Assembly (NCBI RefSeq): GCF_022846255.1
Contig: NZ_AP025682.1
Source of the DNA: Escherichia coli
GTDB lineage: Bacteria; Pseudomonadota; Gammaproteobacteria; Enterobacterales; Enterobacteriaceae
Direction: 5' to 3' (one strand)
DNA: 64,000 nt
Shown: positions 10,985-22,148 of the stretch, piece by piece
Numbering within the stretch: position 1 is the first letter of the stretch
How the letters are laid out: every line of letters begins with the position of its first letter
Notes under the pieces: generated by a model
Seen by the model: the letters and a program-made list of their open reading frames with translations, nothing else
Database searches by the model: none
What the model was told of the DNA's origin: nothing
Position numbers and translations under genes: made by a program

Positions 10985-11410
10985 TTATTTCAGGCGATTA
11001 CCCGCCTCATCAACCACTTTCTCGCCATCTTCCTTGGTGAACGCGCCTTTTTGCGCATCTGGCAGAATTTCCAGCACGACTTCTGAAGGGCGGCACAGGC
11101 GAGTTCCCAGCGGCGTCACCACAATCGGGCGATTAATCAGAATCGGGTGCTGAAGCATAAAGTCGATTAACTGATCGTGAGTAAATTTATCTTCTGCAAG
11201 GCCCAGTTCCTCATACGGCTCGACGTTTTTACGTAGCAGCGCGCGTACGGTAATCCCCATATCGGCAATGAGTTTTACCAGCTCATCGCGCGTCGGTGGT
11301 GTTTCCAGATAATAGATAATGGTCGGTTCTGTACCGCTGTTGCGGATCATCTCCAGCGTATTACGTGACGTACCGCAGGCCGGGTTGTGATAAATGGTAA
11401 TGTTGCTCAT
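10985..11410 (-). CDS. arsC: Arsenate reductase (glutaredoxin-coupled ArsC)
   Basis: 141 aa, MSNITIYHNPACGTSRNTLEMIR...; catalytic Cys12 context conserved. Confidence 0.85.
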   Translation of the reverse strand: MSNITIYHNPACGTSRNTLEMIRNSGTEPTIIYYLETPPTRDELVKLIADMGITVRALLRKNVEPYEELGLAEDKFTHDQLIDFMLQHPILINRPIVVTPLGTRLCRPSEVVLEILPDAQKGAFTKEDGEKVVDEAGNRLK

Positions 11411-11422
11411 ATCAGTATCTCA

Positions 11423-11473
11423 TTACGATGTGAAAGAGAGGTGTAGCGCCAGCGCCACCAGAGTTACAAACCA
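11423..11473 (-). pseudogene. arsB: Probable 3'-terminal remnant of arsB (last ~17 codons) left by an arsR-arsB deletion
   Basis: Minus-strand frame reads LWFVTLVALALHLSFTS-stop directly upstream of arsC; identification as arsB tail is from memory. Confidence 0.35.
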
Positions 11474-11560
11474 AAGCGGACAAGTCAAAAACACATATGG
11501 TTTAACGAATATGTAAGTGTAGAGAAAGGTGTAGGTGTGAATTAAGCGTTGGGCATTCAT
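11474..11560 (-). promoter_or_regulatory. ars promoter / ArsR operator-like sequence, now directly upstream of arsC
   Basis: Minus strand reads aattcacacct...cacttacatattcgttaaaccatatgtgtttttgacttgtccgctt, matching recalled Pars (ttgact -35 inside the ArsR site). Confidence 0.5.
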
Positions 11561-11586
11561 TTGAAAGGAGGTCTGAATCAGGACGT

Positions 11587-11616
11587 AAAAAAACCGACTT
11601 CGCGTCGGTTTTTTTA
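11587..11616. terminator. Bidirectional rho-independent terminator-like hairpin
   Basis: aaaaaaaccgacttcgcgtcggttttttt: A-tract, GC stem, T-tract. Confidence 0.5.
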
Positions 11617-11638
11617 CTGTTCAGCCCTGAGTTGGTGG

Positions 11639-11670
11639 CTCTGGCTGGAGTGAGATAGCCATCATCTAAC
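11639..11670. repeat. agrA/agrB-like repeat copy 1 (antisense sRNA region associated with dinQ)
   Basis: ctctggctggagtgagatagccatcatctaac, 28/32 identical to copy at 11838; contains ggagtgaga complementary to dinQ leader tctcactcc. Confidence 0.4.
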
Positions 11671-11732
11671 GCATCAATGCTAATACCATACTGAAACTAT
11701 TGCAAGGACATGCTGGTTTTATAACCCGCAAG

Positions 11733-11752
11733 TACTGTATGATTATCCAGTT
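11733..11752. promoter_or_regulatory. LexA-box-like site (CTGT-N8-CCAG) upstream of dinQ
   Basis: tactgtatgattatccagtt vs consensus TACTGTATATATATACAGTA. Confidence 0.4.
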
Positions 11753-11837
11753 GGTTCTGAGACATTTTCACTCTGGCAATGCGCATAAACGCTTTCAAAG
11801 TCCTGGTCTGAAGTACGGGTGGTGCCGTTAACTGATG

Positions 11838-11869
11838 CTCTGGCCGGAGTGAGATAGTCGTCATCTAAC
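11838..11869. repeat. agrA/agrB-like repeat copy 2
   Basis: ctctggccggagtgagatagtcgtcatctaac; direct repeat of 11639-11670. Confidence 0.4.
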
Positions 11870-11943
11870 AATGAGACATGCGCCGTGACAGGCAATGGAT
11901 GAGTAAGCGGATGCATTCTCACTCCATCGCATGGAGAAAACGG

Positions 11944-12027
11944 GTGATTGATAAAGCAATCATCGTTCTTGGGGCGTTAATTGCGCTGCTGGAACTGATC
12001 CGCTTTCTGCTTCAGCTTCTGAACTGA
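11944..12027 (+). CDS. dinQ: Small hydrophobic toxic peptide DinQ (27 aa, GTG start)
   Basis: ORF (V/M)IDKAIIVLGALIALLELIRFLLQLLN, convergent with gor; not in supplied ORF track because under 60 aa. Confidence 0.65.
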   Translation: MIDKAIIVLGALIALLELIRFLLQLLN

Positions 12028-12043
12028 TAGCGGAAACGTAGCT

Positions 12044-12075
12044 AAGGGCTAAGAGCACACTACTCTTAGCCCTTT
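12044..12075. terminator. Bidirectional terminator between dinQ and gor
   Basis: aagggctaagag-cacac-tactcttagccctt hairpin. Confidence 0.6.
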
Positions 12076-12080
12076 AACAT

Positions 12081-13433
12081 TTAACGCATTGTCACGAACT
12101 CTTCTGCCGCTGTCGGGTGAATGGCAACCGTGTTGTCGAAGTCTTTTTTGGTTGCACCCATCTTCAGCGCCACCGCGAAGCCCTGCAACATTTCGTCCAT
12201 ACCAAAACCAATGCCGTGAATACCGACAATCTTCTCTTCCGGTCCAACGCATACCAGTTTCATGCGGCACGGCTGGCGGTGAGTGGTGACGGCGGTATAC
12301 ATCGCGGTGAAAGAGGATTTATACACTTTCACCTGATCGTCGCCGTACTGCTCGCGCGCCTGCGGCTCCGTTAAACCAACAGTACCAATCGGCGGATGGC
12401 TGAAGACCACGGTCGGAATGTTGCTGTAATCCAGATGCTCATCCGGCTTGTTATTAAACAGGCGTTCAGAGAGACGGCGACCTGCTGCAACAGCCACCGG
12501 TGTCAGTTCCACTGCACCCGTGTTATCGCCCACCGCGTAAATACCTTCAACGTTGGTGTTTTGATATTTATCGACGACGATATAACCTTTTTCGTTAGTT
12601 TTAACGCCAGCGGCTTCCAGGTTGATGTTGTCATTGGCAGGCTCGCGACCAATCGCCCAAATCAGGCAATCCACCGTTTCACTGCGACCATCTTCCAGCT
12701 CCAGCGTCAGGCTACCATCGGCATTTTTCACTACCGCTTTCGGGATGGCGTTGGTGTGCAACTGCGGGCCTTCGGCGTTCATCACTTCAACCAGCGTTTC
12801 AGAGATCATCGGGTCGAAGCTGCGCAGCGGCGCATGTTTACGCACAAACAGATGCGTCTTCGCACCGAGGCCGTTAATCACGCCCGCCAGTTCAACGGCG
12901 ATGTAACCCGCGCCAACAACCGCTACACGCTCTGGCAAAGCCGGAAGGGCGAAGAAGCCATCAGAATCAATACCGTATTCCACGCCTGGAATATCCGGGT
13001 GGCTCGGACGACCACCGGTGGCGATCAGAATATGATCGGCCGTGATGGTTTCGCCGTTGACTTCAATGGTTTTGGCATCAACGAAGCGGGCAAAGCCTTT
13101 GATTACATCAACGTTATTTTTACCGAGCACGTTCTCATAGGAAGTATGAATACGGTCGATATAGGCGGTACGGCTGGCGATCAACGTTTCCCAGTTGAAT
13201 TTATTGATAGTGGTATCAAAACCATAATCCGGGCCGTACATATGGATCGCTTCACGGATTTGCGCCGCGTGCCACATCACTTTTTTCGGCACACAGCCAA
13301 CATTTACGCAGGTGCCGCCCAGCTCTTTGGCTTCAATCAGTGCGCATTTCTGGCCGTACATAGCCGCGCGGTTGATGGAGGCGATACCGCCGCTGCCGCC
13401 GCCGATGGCGATGTAATCATAGTGTTTAGTCAT
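12081..13433 (-). CDS. gor: Glutathione reductase
   Basis: 450 aa, GGGSGG FAD motif, redox-active CVNVGC. Confidence 0.95.
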   Translation of the reverse strand: MTKHYDYIAIGGGSGGIASINRAAMYGQKCALIEAKELGGTCVNVGCVPKKVMWHAAQIREAIHMYGPDYGFDTTINKFNWETLIASRTAYIDRIHTSYENVLGKNNVDVIKGFARFVDAKTIEVNGETITADHILIATGGRPSHPDIPGVEYGIDSDGFFALPALPERVAVVGAGYIAVELAGVINGLGAKTHLFVRKHAPLRSFDPMISETLVEVMNAEGPQLHTNAIPKAVVKNADGSLTLELEDGRSETVDCLIWAIGREPANDNINLEAAGVKTNEKGYIVVDKYQNTNVEGIYAVGDNTGAVELTPVAVAAGRRLSERLFNNKPDEHLDYSNIPTVVFSHPPIGTVGLTEPQAREQYGDDQVKVYKSSFTAMYTAVTTHRQPCRMKLVCVGPEEKIVGIHGIGFGMDEMLQGFAVALKMGATKKDFDNTVAIHPTAAEEFVTMR

Positions 13434-13504
13434 GACATATTGTCCTTATCGTTGATTACCGCGATTGTAGCGCGAGACGTAATAGGTGCCAGCAATGGCT
13501 GCAA

Positions 13505-14347
13505 TTACTCTGGCACGATCCAGCTTACGGTGGCGTGCCCGGTGCCTGCCGGAACCAGTTTGCTGTGCAGCCACGGCAGCACGTTATTCATCTGCTGTTC
13601 CAGCTTCCATGGCGGGTTAATCACAATCATGCCGGAAGCGGTCATGCCACGGCGATCGCTGTCTGGCAGCACCGCCAGTTCAATTTGCAGAATTTTGCGA
13701 ATGCCGGTCGCTTCCAGGTCGTGGATCATGCGCTTAATTTGCTGGCGCAGCACCACTGGATACCACAATGCGTAAGTGCCAGTGGCGAAACGTTTGTAAC
13801 CTTCTGCTATCCCGCTGACCACCGCCTGATAGTCGGTTTTCATTTCATACGGCGGGTCGATAAGGATTAAACCACGGCGGGAAACCGGCGGCAGCTTGGC
13901 CTTAAGCTGCTGGAAACCGTCGGCTTTTTCGACGCGCGCACGGCTGTCTTTCTGAAATTCAGAACGCAGCAACGGGTAATCGCTCGGGTGCAGTTCGGTC
14001 AGTTGCAGGCTGTCCTGTTCACGCAGTAGCTGGCGAGCAATCAACGGCGAACCGGGGTAATAACGCAACTGCCCGCTACGGTTGAAGTGTTTTACCACAT
14101 TGATGTACGCCTCCAGCTCCGCAGGCAAATCGTCCTGCTGCCAGATACGGGCGATACCTTCGAGATATTCGCCGGTACGCTCGGCATGTTCGCTGCCTAA
14201 CTGATAACGCCCGGCCCCTGCGTGGGTGTCGAGATAGAGAAACGGTTTATCTTTCTCTTTCAGCGACTCAATGATCAGGCTCTGAACGGTATGTTTAAGG
14301 ACGTCGGCGTGGTTGCCAGCGTGAAAGCTGTGGCGATAACTGAGCAT
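13505..14347 (-). CDS. rlmJ: 23S rRNA m6A2030 methyltransferase RlmJ (YhiR)
   Basis: Start set at MLSYRHSFHAGN (280 aa); ORF in track extends 17 codons upstream. Confidence 0.85.
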   Translation of the reverse strand: MLSYRHSFHAGNHADVLKHTVQSLIIESLKEKDKPFLYLDTHAGAGRYQLGSEHAERTGEYLEGIARIWQQDDLPAELEAYINVVKHFNRSGQLRYYPGSPLIARQLLREQDSLQLTELHPSDYPLLRSEFQKDSRARVEKADGFQQLKAKLPPVSRRGLILIDPPYEMKTDYQAVVSGIAEGYKRFATGTYALWYPVVLRQQIKRMIHDLEATGIRKILQIELAVLPDSDRRGMTASGMIVINPPWKLEQQMNNVLPWLHSKLVPAGTGHATVSWIVPE

Positions 14348-14549
14348 GGGTAAAGGTGTTCCGGTAAGTAAAAATCGGCCCGTATTCGGGGCGCACAAAA
14401 GCCTATCAGGACAGTATACCGAAAAGAGGCCGCCGCCGCGAAAGCGTAACGTTTCTCATTGAAATTCACTACACTTAACCCCATGCTACAAACATTATGT
14501 AAAGCGCCTGTTGAGCGCTTCCTTAACCTCTTTAACCAGGACTGCGCTA

Positions 14550-16592
14550 ATGACGAATCCGTTACTGACTCCCTTTGAATTGCCTCCGTTTTCTAAAATT
14601 CTCCCGGAACATGTCGTTCCAGCCGTGACTAAGGCGCTGAACGACTGCCGCGAAAATGTGGAGCGCGTAGTAGCGCAAGGGGCACCGTACACCTGGGAAA
14701 ATCTCTGCCAGCCGTTGGCGGAAGTGGACGATGTGCTGGGGCGTATCTTCTCCCCGGTCAGCCATCTGAACTCGGTGAAAAATAGCCCGGAACTGCGTGA
14801 AGCGTACGAACAAACCCTGCCGCTGCTGTCAGAATACAGCACCTGGGTAGGGCAACATGAAGGGCTGTATAAGGCATATCGCGACCTGCGCGATGGCGAT
14901 CATTACGCCACGCTGAACACGGCGCAGAAAAAAGCGGTTGATAACGCACTGCGCGACTTCGAACTCTCTGGCATCGGTCTGCCGAAAGAGAAACAGCAGC
15001 GTTACGGCGAAATTGCTACCCGTCTTTCTGAACTGGGCAACCAGTACAGCAACAACGTCCTCGATGCGACGATGGGCTGGACCAAACTCGTTACCGACGA
15101 AGCGGAGCTGGCGGGGATGCCAGAAAGCGCGCTGGCTGCGGCAAAAGCCCAGGCTGAAGCGAAAGAGCTGGAAGGTTATTTGCTGACGCTGGATATCCCA
15201 AGCTACCTGCCGGTAATGACCTACTGCGACAACCAGGCCCTGCGCGAAGAGATGTATCGCGCTTATAGCACTCGTGCTTCCGATCAAGGTCCGAACGCCG
15301 GTAAGTGGGACAACAGCAAGGTGATGGAAGAGATCCTCGCGCTGCGTCACGAACTGGCGCAACTGCTGGGCTTTGAAAACTACGCCTTCAAATCACTTGC
15401 CACTAAAATGGCAGAAAACCCGCAGCAGGTGCTGGATTTCTTAACCGATCTGGCAAAACGCGCGCGCCCGCAAGGCGAAAAAGAGCTGGCGCAACTGCGC
15501 GCCTTCGCCAAAGCCGAATTTGGCGTCGATGAGTTACAACCGTGGGATATCGCTTACTACAGCGAAAAACAGAAACAGCACCTCTACAGCATCAGCGATG
15601 AACAACTGCGTCCGTACTTCCCGGAAAACAAAGCGGTTAACGGCCTGTTTGAAGTGGTGAAACGTATTTACGGCATCACCGCTAAAGAGCGTAAAGATGT
15701 TGATGTCTGGCATCCGGATGTACGTTTCTTCGAGCTGTATGACGAGAACAACGAACTGCGCGGCAGCTTCTACCTCGACCTGTATGCCCGTGAAAACAAA
15801 CGCGGCGGGGCGTGGATGGATGACTGCGTAGGCCAGATGCGTAAAGCCGACGGTTCGCTGCAAAAACCGGTCGCGTATCTGACCTGCAACTTCAACCGCC
15901 CGGTAAATGGTAAACCGGCGCTGTTTACCCATGACGAAGTGATCACCCTGTTCCACGAGTTCGGTCACGGCCTGCACCATATGCTGACCCGCATTGAAAC
16001 CGCTGGTGTTTCCGGGATCAGTGGGGTGCCGTGGGATGCGGTCGAACTGCCGAGCCAGTTTATGGAAAACTGGTGCTGGGAGCCGGAGGCGCTGGCGTTT
16101 ATCTCCGGTCACTATGAAACCGGCGAACCACTGCCGAAAGAGTTGCTGGATAAAATGCTGGCGGCGAAGAACTACCAGGCGGCGCTGTTTATCCTGCGCC
16201 AGCTGGAGTTCGGCCTGTTCGATTTCCGCCTCCATGCCGAGTTCCGTCCGGATCAGGGGGCGAAAATCCTCGAAACTCTGGCAGAAATCAAGAAACTGGT
16301 TGCCGTGGTACCGTCTCCGTCATGGGGCCGTTTCCCGCATGCTTTCAGCCACATTTTTGCCGGTGGTTATGCGGCAGGTTACTACAGCTACCTGTGGGCC
16401 GATGTGCTGGCGGCAGATGCCTTCTCGCGTTTTGAGGAAGAGGGCATTTTCAACCGTGAAACTGGGCAGTCGTTCCTCGACAACATTCTGAGCCGTGGCG
16501 GTTCAGAAGAGCCGATGGAGCTGTTCAAACGCTTCCGTGGTCGTGAACCACAGCTGGATGCGATGCTGGAGCATTACGGCATTAAGGGCTGA
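14550..16592 (+). CDS. prlC: Oligopeptidase A (M3 zinc metallopeptidase)
   Basis: Start at [19 protein letters not shown] zinc motif present. Confidence 0.9.
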   Translation: MTNPLLTPFELPPFSKILPEHVVPAVTKALNDCRENVERVVAQGAPYTWENLCQPLAEVDDVLGRIFSPVSHLNSVKNSPELREAYEQTLPLLSEYSTWVGQHEGLYKAYRDLRDGDHYATLNTAQKKAVDNALRDFELSGIGLPKEKQQRYGEIATRLSELGNQYSNNVLDATMGWTKLVTDEAELAGMPESALAAAKAQAEAKELEGYLLTLDIPSYLPVMTYCDNQALREEMYRAYSTRASDQGPNAGKWDNSKVMEEILALRHELAQLLGFENYAFKSLATKMAENPQQVLDFLTDLAKRARPQGEKELAQLRAFAKAEFGVDELQPWDIAYYSEKQKQHLYSISDEQLRPYFPENKAVNGLFEVVKRIYGITAKERKDVDVWHPDVRFFELYDENNELRGSFYLDLYARENKRGGAWMDDCVGQMRKADGSLQKPVAYLTCNFNRPVNGKPALFTHDEVITLFHEFGHGLHHMLTRIETAGVSGISGVPWDAVELPSQFMENWCWEPEALAFISGHYETGEPLPKELLDKMLAAKNYQAALFILRQLEFGLFDFRLHAEFRPDQGAKILETLAEIKKLVAVVPSPSWGRFPHAFSHIFAGGYAAGYYSYLWADVLAADAFSRFEEEGIFNRETGQSFLDNILSRGGSEEPMELFKRFRGREPQLDAMLEHYGIKG

Positions 16593-16599
16593 ACATTCA

Positions 16600-17352
16600 G
16601 TGAAAATCTGCTTAATTGATGAAACAGGCGCCGGAGACGGCGCCTTATCTGTTCTGGCGGCCCGCTGGGGGCTGGAGCACGATGAAGACAACCTGATGGC
16701 GCTGGTGTTAACGCCGGAGCACCTGGAACTGCGCAAGCGTGATGAGCCGAAGCTGGGCGGCATCTTTGTTGATTTTGTTGGCGGGGCGATGGCGCACCGA
16801 CGCAAATTCGGCGGTGGTCGCGGAGAGGCGGTGGCGAAAGCGGTGGGCATTAAAGGCGATTATTTGCCGGATGTGGTGGACGCCACCGCAGGATTAGGGC
16901 GCGATGCCTTTGTGCTGGCTTCGGTCGGCTGCCGCGTGCGGATGCTGGAGCGTAATCCAGTGGTTGCCGCGCTGCTCGACGATGGCCTGGCGCGTGGTTA
17001 TGCGGATGCGGAAATCGGCGGCTGGTTACAGGAACGTTTGCAGTTGATTCACGCCTCCAGTCTGACGGCGCTGAGCGATATCACCCCGCGTCCGCAGGTA
17101 GTTTATCTTGACCCAATGTTCCCGCATAAGCAGAAAAGCGCGCTGGTGAAAAAAGAGATGCGCGTGTTTCAGTCGCTGGTGGGGCCGGATCTTGATGCCG
17201 ATGGATTGTTGGAGCCTGCGCGGTTGCTGGCAACCAAACGCGTGGTGGTGAAGCGTCCGGACTATGCGCCGCCGCTGGCGAATGTCGCCACGCCAAACGC
17301 GGTAGTCACTAAAGGGCATCGCTTTGATATTTACGCCGGAACGCCGGTGTAA
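16600..17352 (+). CDS. rsmJ: 16S rRNA m2G1516 methyltransferase RsmJ (YhiQ), GTG start
   Basis: [16 protein letters not shown]...; in-frame GTG at 16600. Confidence 0.8.
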
Positions 17353-17356
17353 AAGT

Positions 17357-17388
17357 AAAGCGGGGTAGCGATAACGCTACCCCGCTTT
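17357..17388. terminator. Bidirectional terminator between rsmJ and dtpB
   Basis: aaagcggggtagcgataacgctaccccgcttt hairpin. Confidence 0.55.
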
Positions 17389-17400
17389 CTGCAAGAATAA

Positions 17401-18870
17401 TTAATGGCTTTCCGGCGTCGCAATCATGCGTTTCAGCCACGGCACCATCAATAGCATCACTACTGCAACGCCCAGCGTAACCAGGCCAATCTTACCAAAC
17501 ACGTTGGTATAGACGGGCAACGTCTCAAGTGGATCGGTAATGTTGTCTGGTACTGCGGTAAATGTTGCCACATAGCCGCCCAGCAAGAACGCGGCAGCCT
17601 GCGTCAGGAACCACATCCCGAGAATAAAGCCCATCAAATGCTGCGGCACCAGGGCAGCAATCATCGCCAGGCCAAGGGCGCTAATAAACAGTTCACCTAA
17701 GCTCTGGAATAAGTACACCAGCACGATAAACCATGGCGATGTCAGCCCCTGGGCATCCGCAAACCACATTCCAGCCGCTGCAGCCGTCAAAAAGCCCAGT
17801 GAGCACATAAACATGCCGAGAGTAAACTTCATCGGCATCGAGAGATCTTTGCCTTTGTTACCCAGATGCGTGTAAATGCCTGCCAGTATTGGGCTGGCGA
17901 GTACCACCCAGAACGGGTTAAGCGCCTGGAAGCTGACCGGGTTGATGGAAAAGCCGAGAATTTCATGATGCACGTTGTTGATGGCAAAGAAGTTCAGCGA
18001 CGTTGGCATCTGGGCGTAGAGAATGTAAAACACCACCGCTTCGAGCATCAGGACAAAGGCGACAAACATTTTATTGCGCCCGGTTTTATCCAGCTTGAAT
18101 GCCTGACGAAAGAAGATGATGGTGACGACGATGGAGAGAACAATCAGAACCAGATTGGCGACTTCTACGTTGTGCATCAGCCAGGCGCAGACGAAGATCA
18201 TCACCACGCTGCCAAGTAATACGTACAACAGTTTACTGAAGCTCATCGGCCGGAAGTCGGGTTCAGAACCAATGTCTTTCACCATTCCACGACAGGCGAT
18301 GTAAACCAGTAATGCGATAATTAACCCTGCACCGCACAGGTTGTAGGTGACTGAATAGCCGAATTTATCAGCGATCACAGGGGCCAGCGATAACGCTATC
18401 AACGAGCCGATATTGATCGACATATAGAACAGGGTGAATGCGCCATCAAGCCGCGGATCTTTCGGCGGGTAGCACTTCGAAAGCAAGCTGGCTGGGTTAG
18501 CTTTAAACAGGCCGTTACCGACAGCGATAGTCCCCAGGGCGATGAAAATCAGGTCAGGCTTAAGTAGCGACATGCCGGTCATGAAGTAGCCAATCGCCAG
18601 CACAAGTGCTCCGAGAACAATGGTGCGTTTGGTTCCCAGCAGGTGGTCGCCAACATAGCCACCAATGGAAATGAGGCCATAGACCAGCGCAGCAAAAGCA
18701 CCAAAAGTGACAAAAGCCTGCTCTTGCGAGAACCCAAGCTGTTTAACGAAGAAAACCGCCAGTACGCCCTGCACGCCGTAGTAGCCGAATCGCTCCCATA
18801 ACTCGACAAAAAAGATCATGAAAAATGGGCGAGGTTGCTGCAGCATCCCCATGGGTGTTGTTGTATTCAT
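17401..18870 (-). CDS. dtpB: Proton-dependent di/tripeptide transporter DtpB (YhiP)
   Basis: 489 aa MFS/POT family membrane protein. Confidence 0.9.
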   Translation of the reverse strand: MNTTTPMGMLQQPRPFFMIFFVELWERFGYYGVQGVLAVFFVKQLGFSQEQAFVTFGAFAALVYGLISIGGYVGDHLLGTKRTIVLGALVLAIGYFMTGMSLLKPDLIFIALGTIAVGNGLFKANPASLLSKCYPPKDPRLDGAFTLFYMSINIGSLIALSLAPVIADKFGYSVTYNLCGAGLIIALLVYIACRGMVKDIGSEPDFRPMSFSKLLYVLLGSVVMIFVCAWLMHNVEVANLVLIVLSIVVTIIFFRQAFKLDKTGRNKMFVAFVLMLEAVVFYILYAQMPTSLNFFAINNVHHEILGFSINPVSFQALNPFWVVLASPILAGIYTHLGNKGKDLSMPMKFTLGMFMCSLGFLTAAAAGMWFADAQGLTSPWFIVLVYLFQSLGELFISALGLAMIAALVPQHLMGFILGMWFLTQAAAFLLGGYVATFTAVPDNITDPLETLPVYTNVFGKIGLVTLGVAVVMLLMVPWLKRMIATPESH

Positions 18871-19186
18871 ATTTATTAACCTTCCAATACCATCCTGAAA
18901 AGTATTAACGCGTAAGGGATAACGCGCGAAAAAGTTTACATCTGTCAGAGATTCTTAATATTGATGCGGAGAATAGATTAATACACTATTACAACAGAAA
19001 ATAACCAGCTGATCACACTAATGATAGAAAATATAATGGTGTTAAATGTTGTATTGGCAGGGGTTTTGATTGCGTACGCAGACCGCAGGCCAGATAAGGC
19101 GTTTACGCTGCATCAGGTAACAAGGCGCGCCAAAAAGCAAAACGCCCGCATATGCGGGCGTTCAGGAACACGTCGTGGAGGGAAGA

Positions 19187-19621
19187 TTATTCTTCTTCGT
19201 CGCGCAGCGGAACAATCAGCATATCAACGTGAACGGTGTTGATCAGCTGACGTGCGGAAGACATCAGTTTGCTCCAGAAGTCCTGGTGGTGACCACAAAC
19301 CACCAGATCCATATCGTATTTCTTGATTGCATCGACCAGTACCTGGCCCAGATCGCCGCTGCCGCTCAGGGTTTCAGTGATTGGGTAGCCTGCATTGGTT
19401 GAAAGCTCGGTCAGTGCATGATGTGTCTCTTCAGAGATGCGTTTCTGCATATCACCCAGATTCACATCGATAAGCCCGGTGTATAGGTCAGAGTAGTTTA
19501 CATCTACGTGGATCAGAGAAACTTTCGCATTGTAGGGGCGAGCCATAGAGACTGCTTTCTCTACCAGAACTTTGCTTTCCGGGGAGAGGTCGACCGCGAT
19601 GAGAATGTGTTTATAAGCCAT
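19187..19621 (-). CDS. uspA: Universal stress protein A
   Basis: 144 aa [24 protein letters not shown]... Confidence 0.95.
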
Positions 19622-20011
19622 AGTGTTACTCCTTCCATAAAGTTGTCGATGACTGGCCAGCTAGCGTTTCTTGTGCCGTTACGTCACCCGCGTCCTGCGA
19701 ACTACGTGCGCGGGGCTAACCCAGCCGTAAAGATTCAGTGTTAAGACCATCCTTACCTTATAGCGACCCGGATGATCCGTCAATCCGCCTTGCTTACTCG
19801 TTAGATAAACAAATTTTCGACATGAATATATTGATAGTGGTTAACCTTCTGGAAAAAAAACAACCTGATCTCCTACACTATCTATAGAGCCGCTCGGATG
19901 TTGGTCACCACAAAAGCGGTTTCTCCAGGACCTGGTGTTAACTGATTGGCAGCGTATCGGGAGCGGTAGCCCCGGGGTGGAACTCCGCGGGCAGGTCGCC
20001 GGGGAGGAGGT

Positions 20012-20347
20012 ATGATAAGCACCGTCGCATTATTTTGGGCTTTATGTGTCGTTTGCATTGTTAACATGGCGCGCTATTTCTCATCACTACGCGCGTTGTT
20101 AGTGGTACTGCGTAACTGCGATCCATTGCTCTATCAATATGTTGATGGAGGGGGCTTTTTTACCTCACATGGCCAACCCAACAAACAGGTGCGTCTCGTT
20201 TGGTATATCTATGCCCAACGTTATCGCGATCATCACGATGATGAGTTTATTCGCCGCTGTGAGCGGGTGCGTCGGCAGTTTATTCTGACCAGCGCATTGT
20301 GTGGTCTGGTGGTGGTCAGCCTGATTGCATTGATGATTTGGCATTAA
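20012..20347 (+). CDS. uspB: Universal stress protein B (membrane)
   Basis: 111 aa, two TM segments, divergent from uspA. Confidence 0.9.
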
Positions 20348-20370
20348 GCACTTCAGCAATAATGACGCAT

Positions 20371-20406
20371 AAAAAAAGCGGGCCAGTAAACTGACCCGCT
20401 CGTTTT
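20371..20406. terminator. Terminator-like hairpin between uspB and pitA
   Basis: aaaaaaagcgggccagtaaactgacccgctcgtttt. Confidence 0.45.
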
Positions 20407-20417
20407 GGTGCGTACGA

Positions 20418-21917
20418 TTACAGGAACTGCAAGGAGAGCCAGTACAGCCCGCCGGAAAGCAGTACCGCAGCCGGAAGGGTAAATACCCAGGCCATCAGAA
20501 TACTGGTTACGGTTTTACGCTGTAAGCCGCCGCCATCTACCACCATCGTCCCCGCGACAGAAGAGGAGAGTACGTGAGTAGTGGAAACCGGCATCCCGGT
20601 ATAACTTGCCAGGCCGATAGACACTGCCGCCGTCATCTGGGCAGACATCCCCTGAGCGTAGGTCATGCCTTTCTTACCGATTTTCTCACCGATAGTCGTT
20701 GCCACACGACGCCAGCCAATCATCGTACCGATACCTAACGCCAGCGCGACCGCCATGATGATCCACACCGGCGCATACTCGATGGTGCTAAGCATGTCGG
20801 ACTTCAGTTTCTTCAACAGACGCTGATCGTCAGCACTCACACCAGGCATCTTCACCACTTTGTCGATAGTGTCAGAAACGCACAGCATAATGCGGCGCAT
20901 CTGGCTACGTTGATCAAGCGACAGCTTGTCGTAGCTTTCCACATCGGTAGTCAACATGCCTTTCAGGCGGTTGAGCGCGTTAATGGTATTCGATGGATGG
21001 CAATGGAACTCCGCAGGTTGCGTTGCGCCAGCTTCCGGAGCCGGTACTAACTGATCAGCACCGGTAGCCTGTTTCAGCAGTGCAGGATGCTGCTCAAAGT
21101 AAGCTTCGACGTTGTTGATGGCATCACGGGTACGGGTGATTTCGTAGCCAGTGGCATTCATGTTCACCACGAAGCCTGCTGGTGCGACGCCAATCAATAC
21201 CAACATAACCAGACCAATGCCTTTCTGACCATCGTTCGCGCCGTGCGAAAACGCCACGCCGATAGCGGAAAGGATCAGCGCAATACGCGTCCAGAACGGC
21301 GGCTTTTTCTTGCCGTCTTTCTTTTCACGCTCCGCTGGGGTCAGGTGGATACGGGCGCGTTTCTTGGTGCCGCTCCAGTAGCGGCGCAGCAAGAAAATCA
21401 GACCGCCAGCAAACACCAGGCCGACAATAGGGGAAACGATCAGAGAACCGAAAATACTTAATACTTTCGGGATATTGAGTGCATCCACCACTGACGTCCC
21501 GGTCATCAACGCATTGGTTAAACCAATCCCGATGATCGCGCCAATCAGCGTATGAGAGCTGGATGCAGGTAAACCAAAGTACCAGGTACCCAGGTTCCAG
21601 ATAATCGCCGCCAGCAACATAGAGAACACCATGGCAAGGCCATGAGACGATCCCATATTAAGCAGCAGATCCGTCGGCAGCATATGCACAATGGCATAGG
21701 CAACACTCAGACCACCCAGCAAAACACCCAAAAAGTTGAACACCGCCGCCATAACCACGGCGAGCTGAGAACGCATCGCGCGGGTATAGATAACGGTTGC
21801 CACGGCGTTGGCTGTGTCATGGAAACCATTGATGGCTTCGTAGAACAGCACAAAAGCCAGTGCAAGCAATAATAACAGCCCGGTATGCAAATCCAGGCCA
21901 GCAAACAAATGTAGCAT
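20418..21917 (-). CDS. pitA: Low-affinity inorganic phosphate transporter
   Basis: 499 aa PiT family, GFHDTANA motif. Confidence 0.9.
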
Positions 21918-22148
21918 AGGACGTTACGCCATTTTGAGGACATGAACGCGGCGCATTATCAGTGACTTTCGCGGCGCGGGCAAAGTGAAATATAGACTTT
22001 TTTTGATTTGCCTCCTGTATGGATTTCACTCAAAAAATAATTATCTTATATAATTCAGGCAAATACTTCCTTTTAGTAATATTGATGCTGGTGCGACCAC
22101 TGAGGAATCTTTACAATTCACGCCCGTTTTTTCTTAGAGGAGCGCAAC

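Noticed and set aside
12396..13775. 459-aa ORF on plus strand
   Set aside because: Entirely antisense to gor and rlmJ, which have unambiguous protein signatures; compositionally odd translation; shadow ORF.
14829..16235. 177-aa and 233-aa minus-strand ORFs
   Set aside because: Antisense shadow ORFs inside prlC.
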